Assembly (NCBI GenBank): GCA_023474975.1 | Contig: JAMCXE010000037.1 | Span: 1 to 37,582, forward strand | Reading direction: 5' to 3' | Length of the DNA: 37,582 nt | Source of the DNA: Patescibacteria group bacterium | GTDB taxonomy: Bacteria > Patescibacteriota > Minisyncoccia > UBA6257 > 02-FULL-45-10c | The notes under the pieces: generated by a model | Databases searched by the model: none | The model's input: only the letters and a program-made list of their open reading frames with translations | What the model was told of the DNA's origin: nothing | Position numbers and translations under genes: made by a program | Part shown: positions 36,510-37,582 of the stretch, in pieces | How the letters are laid out: every line of letters begins with the position of its first letter | Numbering within the stretch: the stretch's first letter is position 1

Positions 36510-36586
36510 ATTTTCAAACCTTAGTTTTTAGTGTTTAGGCGGAAGTCCTACAAACCCATGTCGCTAAAACCAAGTTTGTTAATTAT

Positions 36587-37018
36587 TTAAATCCCGAGTT
36601 CACCCAACTTTTCTGCTATTTCATCTGAAGATGACTCGGTTTTTGTTTTATATTCCTGCCAATTCGTGCTGTTCCAGATTTCAATGCGATTATAAACTCC
36701 GGCTATTACCGTCTCTTTCTGAAGCCCCGCATATTCTCTTAAATAGTCGGGTATTAATATTCTCCCCTGCTTATCAAGTTCCACGTCCATAGCTCCAGCA
36801 ACCATTAAACGAACAAATGCCCTGGAATTGGCTTGAACCAAAGGAAGCGTGATTAATTTTTGCGCCAAAACTTCCCAATCTTTTGAAGTAAAAACAAAAA
36901 GACAGCGATCCAAGCCCTTTGTAATAATTGCGCCGGTTCCCACTTTTTGGCGGAATTTTACAGGAAGAGCGATCCTGCCCTTTGAATCTAAACTATGTTT
37001 GTACTCTCCAATGAACAT
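36587..37018 (-). CDS. mraZ: Division/cell-wall cluster repressor MraZ
   Basis: MFIGEY..SLDSKGR and LDKQGRILIP; start at ATG 37018 gives 143 aa. Confidence 0.97.
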   Translation of the reverse strand: MFIGEYKHSLDSKGRIALPVKFRQKVGTGAIITKGLDRCLFVFTSKDWEVLAQKLITLPLVQANSRAFVRLMVAGAMDVELDKQGRILIPDYLREYAGLQKETVIAGVYNRIEIWNSTNWQEYKTKTESSSDEIAEKLGELGI

Positions 37019-37046
37019 GCGAGAAATTAATTTATTAATTTTGAGC

Positions 37047-37104
37047 ACCCTGTTAAATACTGCCCTGCAGTAATTTTGCTTTCAGCAAAATTATTTAACA
37101 GGGT
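37047..37104. repeat. Y-shaped palindromic element, copy B (mraZ leader)
   Basis: Perfect 13-bp inverted repeat ACCCTGTTAAATA/TATTTAACAGGGT enclosing TACTGC-CCT-GCAGTA and TAATTTTGCT-TTC-AGCAAAATTA. Confidence 0.88.
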
Positions 37105-37150
37105 CCTCGATTTTACATCCAATCGTTTCACTCTTGGGTAAAATCGGGAG

Positions 37151-37238
37151 TTATCCCCAGAATCAGGCGTTATCCCCATAGTTATCCACTTCCTACCACT
37201 ATATATACATATTACCCCACCACGCCACAATATGTCAA
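37151..37238 (-). promoter_or_regulatory. mraZ promoter with MraZ-box-like GTGG repeats and overlapping DnaA-box-like sites
   Basis: TTGACA(37238-37233)-N18-TAATAT; GTGGTAGGAAGTGG with 10-nt spacing; TTATCCCCA x2 and TTATCCACT on the plus strand. Confidence 0.7.
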
Positions 37239-37247
37239 AGCCGCAAT

Positions 37248-37289
37248 GAGCACGAAAAAAGCCCGTATTTATGGGCTTTTTTCGTGCTC
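37248..37289. terminator. Long hairpin / bidirectional terminator
   Basis: GAGCACGAAAAAAGCCCGTA / TATGGGCTTTTTTCGTGCTC. Confidence 0.8.
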
Positions 37290-37298
37290 TGTTTCAAA

Positions 37299-37307
37299 TT
37301 ATCCACA
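37299..37307 (+). promoter_or_regulatory. Consensus DnaA box
   Basis: TTATCCACA, exact match. Confidence 0.65.
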
Positions 37308-37360
37308 GCTCCCGATTCTCTATATTTTCTATAAAATAATATTCGCCTTAATTACTATTT

Positions 37361-37582
37361 TTATTTTCTAAATTTTATCATTTCCTCAAGCCGTTTCGAT
37401 AATATTAAAAACCGCCGATTTTTAAACTATTTGACATCATCTTTAAAAACATCTTTATTTTCAAATGCTTTTACACTATTAAATTTTTTATTCCATTCTT
37501 CGGGATTACCATAATCAGCGAAATCATAATACCAATCATGATGAAATTTCGGCTTGTGGAAATGATAAAATTTAGAAAATAA
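37361..37582. repeat. 33-bp inverted repeat pair (37361-37393 / 37550-37582), right arm cut by the window edge
   Basis: TTATTTTCTAAATTTTATCATTTCC(T/A)CAAGCCG, 32/33 identical in inverted orientation. Confidence 0.9.
37427..37582 (-). CDS. Possible C-terminal fragment of a hypothetical protein entering from the right edge
   Basis: Open frame LFSKFYHFHKPKFHHDWYYDFADYGNPEEWNKKF...DDVK then TAG; no recognisable motif. Confidence 0.4.
   Translation of the reverse strand, partial: LFSKFYHFHKPKFHHDWYYDFADYGNPEEWNKKFNSVKAFENKDVFKDDVK

Noticed and set aside
37019..37230. Extended mraZ start (37048) and ORF 37027..37230
   Set aside because: MraZ homology begins at MFIGEY (37018); the upstream sequence is explained by the palindrome and promoter motifs.
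37151..37360. Calling this region oriC
   Set aside because: No dnaA/dnaN nearby and skew cannot be judged from this window; kept only as a DnaA-box cluster.

Overview
AT-rich bacterial chromosomal window, most likely Patescibacteria/CPR (Parcubacteria-like). This is inferred from the short HrcA, the MurF lacking its N-terminal domain, the variant EF-P loop, the stand-alone VirD4/TraD-like ATPase with a membrane partner, and the sigma-region-4/HARE-HTH protein. It reads in the standard genetic code. Left to right it contains: two paralogous sensor histidine kinases (the first, 6 PAS + GAF, runs off the left edge and is missing from the ORF track), mnmA, efp, the VirD4-like pair, secDF, a GNAT-DUF2156-FNR operon, rlmN, a CIRCE-controlled hrcA-grpE-dnaK...dnaJ region, an SGNH esterase, a Ca2+/H+ exchanger, tRNA-Lys, a CorA-family transporter, cysS-dnaB-recR, and the rplU/tgt/tRNA-Glu/murF/ftsI/ftsL-like/rsmH/mraZ block. 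No transposase, integrase or CRISPR array is visible. The most unusual signals are non-coding. (1) The tRNA-Lys sits at the apex of a long hairpin that is itself nested inside a degenerate, split copy of the same tRNA (about 306 nt). (2) Y-shaped palindromic elements occur intergenically and as in-frame insertions in mnmA and murF. (3) A second repeat family abuts the start codons of dnaJ, the esterase and rplU. (4) There is a DnaA-box cluster at the mraZ promoter and a 33-bp inverted repeat at the right edge. All folds and alignments were read by eye; no searches were run.
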